Source of the DNA: Convolutriloba macropyga
Taxonomy: Eukaryota
DNA length: 56,703 nt
Assembly (NCBI RefSeq): GCF_964194025.1
Contig: NW_027453125.1
Location: 1 to 56,703, forward strand
Reading direction: 5' to 3'
Shown: in pieces, positions 1-9,651 of the stretch
Position numbering within the stretch: position 1 is the first letter of the stretch
Layout of the letters: each line of letters opens with the position of its first letter
The notes under the pieces: model-generated
Told to the model about the DNA's origin: nothing
Seen by the model: the letters and a program-made list of their open reading frames with translations, nothing else
Database searches by the model: none
Made by a program: the position numbers and the translations under genes

Positions 1-1499
1 GTGTCACTGAATTTTCCTCTTTGCAAAGCATCATAGTTAGCGAGGATAGGACAGCAGGAAGGTGGGCCAGCTCTGGGAAGAGACGGCTGTCATTCCTGGG
101 GCAACCCTCAGCCATGTACAGGCACGTGCAGAGAAGCAGTTGGAGAGAGCAGGTTGGGGGACTGCCTCTGATGGGAGTAGAGGAGGAGGGAACCGGAGAA
201 ACAGCGCGGTGGCTGTCTCCCTGTACAGTGAGGGAGACAGAGCAAGCCGCATTCACTCACACACCTGCAAGGAAGACAGGACGTTGCCCTCACAGAGCAG
301 GGTTCCAGAAGGCTCCGGCTGGCCTTCCAGAGGAGGTGTCCTAAGGGCAACAGCTTCCATGGCTACTGTCTAGTATTGTTTTATTCGATGCAAAGTATGT
401 GTTCAACCAGAATCGCTTCCATATTCAACTGCATATGCCGTGCTTGACGTATAGGAACACAATTAAGGCCGAGGGTACTCGGATGCACACTTGAGGCAAA
501 ACTTCTCCGGCAATATAGTCAGGGCGGCTGGTTGAAGAGTTTCAAGTCTTGACTGTATCGAGGTTGGAAATCAAGCTTAGTCGGGGACAAAGCGAGCAGG
601 ATCCTGCCCACCTGTGCCGGTGTGGGCAATGCTTCCGCACACGAGTGTCTGTGATTGTATGGCAGGCTCACGAAAGGCTCAATATCACTTAATTCCCTCA
701 CACCCATGGTGCTTCACTGCATCGCCTCTTTGGTTGGCCCAAACCCCTGGTGCATTGTGGTGTTGCATATCTGCATTGCATTATTGTTCTGAGCCTAGAC
801 TCTAGTTTTCCTGAAGTTGAATTGTATGCCAATACGAGAGCAACCCGTCGCGCCCAGGGATCCAGCCTTGATCAGCTACTTGATCGAGGTGCAGTGCCTG
901 CTGTGTCCTTCTTTCAACATATAGTAAAAGAATCAATTATGGGTGTCCGTCAGTCATCCAGTCAGTCTCACTGTTTGGATGTTGGTCTGTCTACTCAGTC
1001 CTGTCTGTCACGGTCCCTGTTCCGCACCTGACTCGCGGGCAAATCCCACGAACCATGGGCCTCGCAAGCGCACCCTGCTGTACTCTCTGGCATATATATC
1101 ACTAGGTGCGACGGCTACTCGGGCCATTACGTGTACACATAGCTATAAGCATATCAACAAACACGCCACGGCAGTGTTGCAACACCCGGTCGGCCCGGTC
1201 GAGGTCGAAATCTGGTCAGTGGTCAATGGTCATGCACAGTGATGACCGAGTGCTGTGGTGCTGAGGACTGAGGTGCGGCCCTGTGCGGCCCGCCCTGTCT
1301 CCAGCACCGGTAGGTAGGGCACCTACCCTACCTATCATTATTATTATTACGAGTACGAGGGCAACGTAAGCTTGCAGTTGGGCGAGCGCTAGGTACCCTA
1401 GGCTGCGGATGGTGCAATGGTACGTACCTAGCTGGTACACTCGCGTACACTCGTACAAACCGTGCTTATCACCCATAGTACGTACGCCGTACGGTCGGC

Positions 1500-1805
1500 T
1501 TTTGAGTGATTGGACGGCATGCAGGAAGTACTATGTCATCGGACGGTGCCGATTTTTTATGCATCTTTCCGTTTCCCAACAGCAAGAAATTTTGCCCCAT
1601 CTATAGGAATAACTTACTATACCGTGGCATATTTACAACCGCCCGATTTTGATCGTACGGCCCAGAAAATTTGTCCGCCCCCCATTATATGAAATATGTT
1701 TACTACTTGTCTACTTAATCAGTCTTCACGTACCTGATAGCCGAACCGCTCCGCTCCGGTGCTGCTGCGCACCATCCTCGCTGCGCTTGGATTATTATTT
1801 TTTAG
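1500..1805 (-). mobile_element. Possible non-autonomous Helitron/Helentron-like terminus
   Basis: CTCGCTGCGCTTGGATTATTATTT end motif. TCATCGGACGG (~1536) matches the reverse complement of the 41870-41886 segment of the Helentron-like end. Confidence 0.3.
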
Positions 1806-2149
1806 AATAAGATTAATTGATATTATAATATATGTTGGTCTTGACTCTTGATGTTGGACGGGCGACGGGCGACGTGCGACCCCGGCGACGGCAGTCGGCC
1901 GGCAACATCAGTGGCCGGTATATATAGCTGGCCCACAGACCAGACAGTACAGCATTGTTCCGGAACGATGTGAGCTGACCACACTCATCGACGGCATGCA
2001 TTTCAGTCGGCTCCGCAGGACCACCTGCCCAAGTCGGGCCTGCCTACCATCCGGACGCTTATATATCTCTCGAATATCACTAAGATGTCTCGCGATAATG
2101 GTCAAGGCGATCGAGGCGGCCAGGTCCGGCGCCACGTATAAAGTACTGT

Positions 2150-2707
2150 GTGTGGGAGTTTGCGCGATGTCGCCTGAAGGTCGATGCACAGGCGCAATAT
2201 CGCCGGAAAGTTTTCAAAGCCGACCACTCGGTCAAAGTTGTCAAGCGCCTCCGTCCTACGGATACAGAGCTCCCAGAGAAGGTGCTGCAAAATCTGCAAC
2301 ATTACCGGGTTCACACATCTCACTGTGCAGAGGCTGACCTCGAAACGGGCTTTGGGAAGCCTAGCATCAAAGGGGACGCTCTCGCTTTGCCGATGGATTC
2401 TCACAATCGCCTGCCCTCCCCTCACGCGTCAACAACAAGTACTCGACACCCTCCGCTGCGCAACCTAGACGTCCCCCTGCGACAATAGCTCCTACCCCTC
2501 GGCCTGCGGCCTTCACGTCTCTTGAGCTCTACAGCAGCGCCCCGTGGAGCAAGGCCAGCTGTTGTTGTTCGTCGAGTGCTGGGAGATGTCACCAACACTT
2601 GTGCTGGCTCTTCCCCACCTCTTCCAGCCAAAAAAAGGAAAACATTAGACCTTCAACTTCGAAAATCCGTCGCCCTTGCTCTCTCCCCTCGTCAGCACAA
2701 CAGCTGA
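2150..2707 (+). pseudogene. Decayed ORF of unknown function (one in-frame TAG at 2486-2488)
   Basis: ORFs 2150-2488 and 2522-2707 share a frame. They contain RRVLGDVTN and PAKKRK and are followed by an (AAT)n tract. Confidence 0.3.
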
Positions 2708-2886
2708 TCCAATCTCCCAGCCGCAGCGAAGCCCGAATACCCCAAGCCCTTAAACCCCAAAACCCTACAAGGATGCACTACCTCGTCCCAGTTCCGCGGC
2801 ATGCCGGGAAGAAGTATTCTATTCTTAATCTTTTTCACCCTTGGGAGAAGGTGGGTCGAAAAACCCCTGCCCCACTCTTTAACTTC

Positions 2887-2919
<33 letters not shown>
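2887..2919 (+). repeat. (AAT)n microsatellite immediately 5' of the TSD
   Basis: About 10 AAT units. Confidence 0.9.
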
Positions 2920-2921
<2 letters not shown>

Positions 2922-2940
2922 GTAATAATTAAAAATCGGA
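2920..2940 (+). repeat. Target-site duplication, left copy (right copy 5917-5937)
   Basis: Exact 21-bp direct repeat bounding the retroelement. Confidence 0.95.
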
Positions 2941-5916
2941 AACATAAAGGCCTGGGGGACCCTAGGAGTGGGGCCCTAATCAACACAGTGCGTCTCATCT
3001 GCTATCTGCATGCCTCCCAAAGCGACGGGGTTCGGTACATCATCGAAAATGTCCCGGGCACAGAGAAACACCCGGAGATTGCTAGAATGCTGGGGGCCCC
3101 TGTAAAGCTGGATGCCCCCCCCTGTGGGTCAGCGGCGCGTAGACAGACGCTGTTCTGGCAGAACCTGGCCCCCGTCGAGGAAATACAATCTAAGTTCGGG
3201 GCCCTCCCGCCCCCGTCCCAAACAGTGAATGGTGCCCTGAAACGGGCAGGGCTGCATACCTGGCGGTCCCAACCCCAGGAGTTGGGCGTGACCTGCTTCC
3301 CTGGGGACCCCTACAATCTCCCGGGCCTCCCTCAGCGAGCCATTCCCAAGATGGTCTGCTTCAAGGGCTCCCATGCGTTCCGGTTTAAAAGAGTCCGGGG
3401 GAGGATGCTCCCCGGCCCTGGCATGCTTTACAAGGGCAATGAACTGACGGAACCTGACGCCGAAGTGGCCGAGGCCCTGATGGGATTTGAGCAAGGGGAT
3501 ACGGCGGCGCCGGGCCTCCTGCCTGGGCAACGGCGCCACCTGCTGGGCCAGTGCATTGACATTAACTTATTCTCGTGGTTAATTGCCACGGCCTCCCCCC
3601 GCACGGAGCTGCACCCGCCACCCCCCTGGCCCCGAGCACGGCACGCAGTCCCAGAGGAGGGAGTCAGGCTGTGGCAGGTCTCTGAGGCACAACGGGCGGC
3701 ACGCTGGCTGGGGGACCCCCTCCCTTGGGACTGCATGGCCCCCCTGTCGGATGCACCAGGTCTAGTACCGAGTCCACCCCTGGAGGATGCGACGAGGGCG
3801 CTAGTTGTCCCTCCGCTCCGCCGGCACCTTGCTCATGACCCACGGGCCTGGGTGTACACGGACGGCTCTAGAAGTGAGGCTTCCTCTACACTGGGGGCTG
3901 CCGTTGTGCACCTAGAGACCAACACCTTCGTTAGGCTGGCATGTACGGGGAAAGAGGAATGTAACACAGTGTTTAGGGCGGAGCTCGTGGGCATCCACGA
4001 GGCTATCTGTCATTTTAGTGAACGTGAGAGATTGTATGTCCTGAGTGACTGTGCCTCGGCGATACAGGCGGTGGACGCCGCCGTCCGCCGCCCGCACGAG
4101 CGGGGCTACCACCACCACAGGCCCCTGCTTCACGCCATAGCCCAGGGGATCCTAGAGAGGGACCGCTCAGGGAAACACACGGTCATACATAAGGTCAGAG
4201 CTCATGTGGGCATAGAAGGGAATGAGCTTGCAGATTGGCATGCTAAGTTTGCGGCGAAGCATCCGCTGGGTACGGAGGATTTCCCTGTGAAGGCACACAC
4301 CCTGGGGGCTGCGCCGGCCCGGCCCTGTTACTGGCTGTTCTATGAGCCGGGTGTACCGTCCCCCCAAACAGCAGACTCTGCGGGGAAAGCCCCCGCAGCT
4401 CGGGAAGGGCCTAGGAAGAGAAAACTTGGCCATCTGCAGAAGGGACCTGATGTAAGCCCTGACCCCACAAGCCCCCCCCCACCCCCTGCAACGGATGCTC
4501 GGCCTTCGGCCTCGCAGGAAAATAAAGGGGGGGAGCCAGATGTACCCGCTGGCCAGCCCGGACAAGAATGTGGGGAGAAGGAGCCCGTTAGACATGCCTT
4601 TACTGACCCGCAGAAGCATATCAGAACTCGGGTGCGGCCCAGGGTGTTAGAGATGACGGCCTGCAACTCCCTCTACAGGAGACTGATTATGGCTGCCAAA
4701 CAGAGGGGGGACCAAATTGAGGAAACTGCGGCTGGCCTGGCTAAGCTGCATAGAGAGGGTAGGCACAGGGATGCCACCAGAATCTTTAAGTTCCTGTGGG
4801 GGCAATACTACAATGGCAAGCTGGCGAGACGCTACGGCCACGCCACGCATGACAAGTGCCCCCTCTGCAGCCTACCGGACTCGTGCACTCACATAGGGGC
4901 GGGGTGCCCGGCCCTTGCCCCCCACTACCTCCTCCGCCACCAAGCGGCTGTACAGGCTGTACATGTGTTTATCCGTCAGAGCGAGAAGGGGGCGGGGGCT
5001 ATCCTGGGTAACCCCCTGACCTTGGTTGCCTGTGATGGGGGCGGGGAGGCTGCAGCTAGCAAGGACCCCACACTCCGAACCCTGGCCGGCCTGGAGGCAC
5101 ATGCTACGAGCAGACAAGGACCCCCCAGAGACTCAGACCCCAGCCTTTGCCTGAAAGAATGTATACATGCACCGAAGTACCTGCCTGAGTGGGTCCTGCC
5201 CAAAGCAGTACACGACCGCCTGTTAGCCGAGGGGGCCGGACTGGCCCCGGACATTGTGTATGCTCGGGGAGTACCCAACCTCTGCCCCCCCCCACCCAAC
5301 TCATTTAACCCGTGCCATTGCAGCCTGCTGCTGGTGGAAGTTGGGTACTGCCAGGACCTGCGTCTAGACAGCAAAGAACAGATGAAGCTGGGCAAATACG
5401 ACTCGCTTGTCACGGCCCTACGGGAGAGGTGGGGCAGGGTCACTCTAGTTGGGATTCCCCTAGGGATTGGTGGGACTGTGTCGAGCTCCACCGCCCAAGA
5501 ACTCGCATTAGCCCTCTGTCTCAAGCGACCTAACCTACAGTCAGCACACCGTAGCACAACCGAGGCAACCCATGGCGCAGACAAATCCGAAGACGAGGCA
5601 GGGGAGGTGGACGCTAGGGCGCTGCGGGCTACGAGGAAGGCGTTGAAGAGTCTCGCCAAGACGCTTCGGAGCCTGGCGCAAGCACACCTTCTGCACATCA
5701 TGAAGGCGAGAGTATGTAAAATGCTGGATGAAGAGAAACCTACCAGGGGTGGCGACGCTGGGGCCCCGAGTGTGATCAAATAACCTGGTGGGGGGCAGTT
5801 CCCTAGCCAGGCTGCTCCCCCCCTCTCTACTCTCAGGCTACTAGGCCCCCGGCGCTTGGCGCTGGAGTGCTGATGTCTATATGTATCCTTACAGTGTAAG
5901 GCAGTCCTCCTCCTCC
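2941..5916 (+). mobile_element. 5'-truncated non-LTR retrotransposon (RLE-type, Dualen/RandI-like) carrying a cytosine DNA methyltransferase domain
   Basis: Identical 21-bp flanks TAGTAATAATTAAAAATCGGA at 2920-2940 and 5917-5937. Short 3' UTR ending in (TCC)4. The ORF is open from the left junction and encodes RNase H, a zinc knuckle and an RLE. Confidence 0.9.
2943..5783 (+). CDS. Retrotransposon polyprotein, N-terminally truncated: DNMT (motifs V-X) - RNase H - CCHC zinc knuckle - restriction-like endonuclease
   Basis: In frame from 2943: HKGLGDPRSGAL..YIIENV (3045), PVKLDAPPCGSAARRQTLFWQNL, EALMGF..RRHLLGQCID. RNase H: VYTDGS (3852)..AELVGI..SDC..KVRAHVGIEGNELAD. Knuckle: CPLC..HIGAGC (4857). 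RLE: RH..PDIV (5247)..LVEVG..KLGKYD. Confidence 0.88.
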   Translation, partial: HKGLGDPRSGALINTVRLICYLHASQSDGVRYIIENVPGTEKHPEIARMLGAPVKLDAPPCGSAARRQTLFWQNLAPVEEIQSKFGALPPPSQTVNGALKRAGLHTWRSQPQELGVTCFPGDPYNLPGLPQRAIPKMVCFKGSHAFRFKRVRGRMLPGPGMLYKGNELTEPDAEVAEALMGFEQGDTAAPGLLPGQRRHLLGQCIDINLFSWLIATASPRTELHPPPPWPRARHAVPEEGVRLWQVSEAQRAARWLGDPLPWDCMAPLSDAPGLVPSPPLEDATRALVVPPLRRHLAHDPRAWVYTDGSRSEASSTLGAAVVHLETNTFVRLACTGKEECNTVFRAELVGIHEAICHFSERERLYVLSDCASAIQAVDAAVRRPHERGYHHHRPLLHAIAQGILERDRSGKHTVIHKVRAHVGIEGNELADWHAKFAAKHPLGTEDFPVKAHTLGAAPARPCYWLFYEPGVPSPQTADSAGKAPAAREGPRKRKLGHLQKGPDVSPDPTSPPPPPATDARPSASQENKGGEPDVPAGQPGQECGEKEPVRHAFTDPQKHIRTRVRPRVLEMTACNSLYRRLIMAAKQRGDQIEETAAGLAKLHREGRHRDATRIFKFLWGQYYNGKLARRYGHATHDKCPLCSLPDSCTHIGAGCPALAPHYLLRHQAAVQAVHVFIRQSEKGAGAILGNPLTLVACDGGGEAAASKDPTLRTLAGLEAHATSRQGPPRDSDPSLCLKECIHAPKYLPEWVLPKAVHDRLLAEGAGLAPDIVYARGVPNLCPPPPNSFNPCHCSLLLVEVGYCQDLRLDSKEQMKLGKYDSLVTALRERWGRVTLVGIPLGIGGTVSSSTAQELALALCLKRPNLQSAHRSTTEATHGADKSEDEAGEVDARALRATRKALKSLAKTLRSLAQAHLLHIMKARVCKMLDEEKPTRGGDAGAPSVIK

Positions 5917-6983
5917 TAGTAATAATTAAAAATCGGACACAGACTACAAGTACCTACCAACCTCAAATCTGATGCTGGTCAAAAATAAGGATGGGCCGAT
6001 GGTTCCAAATGACATATTGCAGTAAAAATATTGACACGCACCTGATCGAACTGACACGAATAAAAAAATCCCACTGGCGACTGGATCTCCATATAATAAA
6101 GGAACGTAGATAGAATCTACGTAGAATATTGCAGGATCGAATGATGATAATTGATAAAAATGATAACATTTAGATGATTCACAAATCACATGCACCCAGC
6201 ACAGTGCAGGCGGCAGCAGCACCTCTGTACTCCTCTCTCTAGCGAGTCAGAACAAGAAGTCAGAACTCGGAAATCAGCTGTCACCTCGACGTTCTGTATT
6301 ATTATAATACTAGTATACATGCCACATGTGTGCCATGGGATGTGCCGTGTTCGCCTGGTACGGTATGGTAGGTACAGCCGTACCTACTCTAGAGAGCTAC
6401 AAGCTACAGCCCGTGCTTCCTTCTGCTCGTACGTACCCTACCCTAGGGTAACGTACTCGTACAGTATTAGAGAGAGGCTTTTGCCTTTTTTTCTCCGGCC
6501 GGCCCGGGAGAAGGTAGGTAGGTATCCTTACCTACCTAGGTCGAGTAACAAAAAAATCGAGATTCGATCTAGTCTCGAAGACCAGGCTCCGCAGGGAGGT
6601 ATTTCGCAGTCCGCTGTGTAATTACGAATATGTCACGATAGTACACCACATGACGGAATAATATTTGCATTCTGCGTAGTACACATGTACTCATGGTCAC
6701 AGATTTGTTCCTCCCGCTGTTTCGTCTGCAAACCGTTTACTGTTCGGAAAAGTCCGTGCTACATCTACGTATTCTACGTTCAACGGGCACCCCAGAAATT
6801 CGATATTTGAATTCCGCACGAATTCCTTAGAATTTGCACGAACGTTTTCACATTCAGACATAGACAGTATAGTGGTTACATGACATGTAATATAAACAAT
6901 GTACATACTACTACTATATTATTGGAACAGACACGGGGAGGGGCCCAAGGGGGAGGTTTCCGACTCCGAGGGGTTTCCCCTCG

Positions 6984-7122
6984 CGGCTCGTGGCTCGTGG
7001 CTCGTGGCTCGTCTCGCGTCGCCTCGCCTCGCGTCGCCTCGCCTCGCCTCGAAAAGTCGTCTAGGCCGGCCGTCACGCTTACGGTTGCGGCTGCCGTTGC
7101 GGTTACCGTTGCGGTTGCATTT
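6984..7122. repeat. Short GC-rich tandem repeats: (GGCTCGT)n, (CGCCT/CGCGT)n, (CGGTTG/CCGTTG)n
   Basis: Directly visible. Confidence 0.75.
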
Positions 7123-8181
7123 CGCAGTTCCGGTTATGTGCTGAGATGCGTTTCCCGGAAAGAGAGGGAGAGAGAGCCTGGCGTTTCCCGGGAATATATA
7201 CTAGTACCTCACCCTTCCCCCCGCCCGGCCGGCCGGCAGGATCCTGACTGCCGGCCAGTGCCCACCCCGGTCATCCTGACTCGGACTATATCCCTGGACT
7301 GTACATTGGCAGTTCCTGCGATTCCTGCGTTTCCGCATATATTCCTAGTATATTCCACGGGCTTGTTGCTAGTACGAGGGGTGACAAGGTGACTGGCTCG
7401 GGCTCCCGGGCGGTTGCGCCGTTTACGGGTGCCTGTCCACTGGCGCCCTCGATGTGGCTTCCACTTCGCTCGGGGTGTCTACTTAGTGGTCTCTGTATGT
7501 TTGTGCTGTTTGTGCTGACCCTCCCCGTGTTCCCCGTGTAGTGCAAGGCCTACCCAGGATTATCACAACATATAGATAGAGCCTGCCCATTGGCCAAATG
7601 CCCCATAAACCCCTCAACGAGAGGGTCATTTCTTTTTCAAATAGGGTTTCTAGGGTTCGCAGCCTGCTGCGGGGGTTATACAGGGCTTTGCCTTTGATGT
7701 CCTTCTAAGTATCAAACTTAAGGGTGTAAGTAACTTCTCTCTCTCTATATATTCCACGGGTTCCTTACATTCTAGCGGTACTGTACACTTTCGCATTTCC
7801 TTAAGTACGTACCCTGACTACCCGGCTCCATATGTAAGGAGCGGTTTTGGGTCGAGGTACCTATTACGCATACTAAGAAAATATAAATCAGGATACTGGA
7901 TAGTGGATACCTACGTCCTACTGAACCACCAGAGCGCAGACCTGCTGAGTAGTGAGTACTAGTACGACCTGTACGAGTACTAGTAGTAGCTTTGTAGATC
8001 GATCGATCGATCTGGCCTGGCTGGTCGATTCTACGGCTGCAATCAACCTCTCGATTCCTACTGTAGGATCTACTGTAGGTAGGCCGTAGGGTGACAGGTT
8101 GATTACCCTACTGTACTCGTAGGTAGGGTACGTACTACGAAGCGCTACCAGCTAGGTACCCTACCTACCCTATAGGTAGGG

Positions 8182-8772
8182 AGAGGAGATTCCTACTTTG
8201 CAAAACCTATGGATATCCCGGGTTTTACCCCGAAACACGCAAATCTAGCGTTTTACATGGCTGCCGTTGCCGCTCGGCAGCCGTAAACACCGTGAAACCG
8301 CGGCTCCGCGGCTCACGCCGCGGGCAACGCGGACGGCCCGTCCACCACCCGGACAGCTCGAGGTCAAAGCCTGGACCTGTCCTGGGCTGGTGTGATGGCT
8401 GGCGGTGGTTGTCGGCGTGTGTCCGACGATGTCCGATGATGGCCGCCACTGCCTAGGATCACACATAGGGCAGGTGGACCCCCAACCATATTTCGAAATG
8501 GGCCCACCGTACCTGGGCGGCCTAGGGCAAGGCGGCGGCCATCGGACATCGTCGGACACATGCCGACGGCCACCGCCAGCCATCGCACTAGCCCAGGACA
8601 GGTCCAGGGGTTGACCTAGAGCTGTCCGGGTGGTGGACGTGCCGTCCGCGGTGCCCGCGCTGTGAGCCGCGGAGCTAGCCGCGGTTTCACGGTGTTTACG
8701 GCGGCCGAGCGGCAGCCATGTAAAACGCTAGCAGGGGGCTTAACACCGCAGGGGAAAGTAGGAATCTCCTCT
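8182..8772. mobile_element. Fold-back / MITE-like element with long inverted arms
   Basis: Perfect 18-bp TIR AGAGGAGATTCCTACTTT (8182-8199) / AAAGTAGGAATCTCCTCT (8755-8772). Imperfect inner arms of ~210 bp at ~8246-8458 and ~8521-8731. Confidence 0.8.
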
Positions 8773-9651
8773 ATACTAGAGGTGCCCACCTTGGGCGCTG
8801 CTGCAGCTTGCACATGTACGTCAGGCACCCTACGGTACGCTAGTACGAGTACCCGAAGTACAATTCCGGCCGGCCCGATCGAAGTATCCTTTAAAATTAC
8901 CTACCTACCATGGGGCTAGCTTGGTACTCGTAGCGGCGTAGCTCACATACCTACTAGTACCACTGTACCAGCTCTCTAGCGATAGCTAGTACCCTACCTA
9001 GCCTACTACTACAATCATGAGCTACAGCACAATACATGGCAGGATGAGTAGGCCGAGGGCGGGTCAGGTGGTTATTGATCGCATAAGGCACGCGTATTGC
9101 GTCGGTTGGTCATTGCTCTACGAGTAGGGTACCCTACTATAGTACAGTAGATAGGATACCTCCGGCCCAGACGTGCAGTTGGTAGTACTCGTAGGTACCT
9201 CTAGAGTACCTAGCCAGTACCTAACTACTGTCAAGCGCCTACCAGGACCTTCCTCGGCCTGCTGCTAGCCAGGGTACAGTACTCGTACGGTGTACTCTCT
9301 AGAGAGAGGCCTCTAGCGATACCCCACGCGTATATCTCTATATGCAGCCCGCCAGCTACTGCACTCGTACTAGCGATAGTAGGAGCTCGCGCAGCTGCAT
9401 ATGTCAACCCGTAGTTATAGTGTACATATATGTAGTACCTACCTACTATCCTTTAATTTACCTGTAGAGTGTAGTAACCTTACAGTTACTCGTACTCGTA
9501 GGGTACTACCTACTATGGCGCGCCCGATGTAGATAGGACTCATGCCAACCAGCTGACTGGGGCGTCAGGACCGTTGAGCTAGTCCGCGCCAATCTCATTG
9601 ACCCCTGACTGCAGTGCACGCGCCTGCGCGCCTGGAATCCGATCGACGACA

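Noticed and set aside
21-373. Overlapping short ORFs at the window start
   Set aside because: May be a terminal exon of an upstream gene, but there is no recognisable motif or secure splice site.
4976-5779. 267-aa minus-strand ORF
   Set aside because: Antisense shadow of the retrotransposon ORF; no independent motifs.
2988-5783. Reading the DNMT plus endonuclease as a bacterial restriction-modification system
   Set aside because: RNase H, zinc knuckle, TSD and microsatellite tail identify a non-LTR retrotransposon.
6880-7392. 170-aa ORF
   Set aside because: Openness is explained by simple GC-rich tandem repeats.
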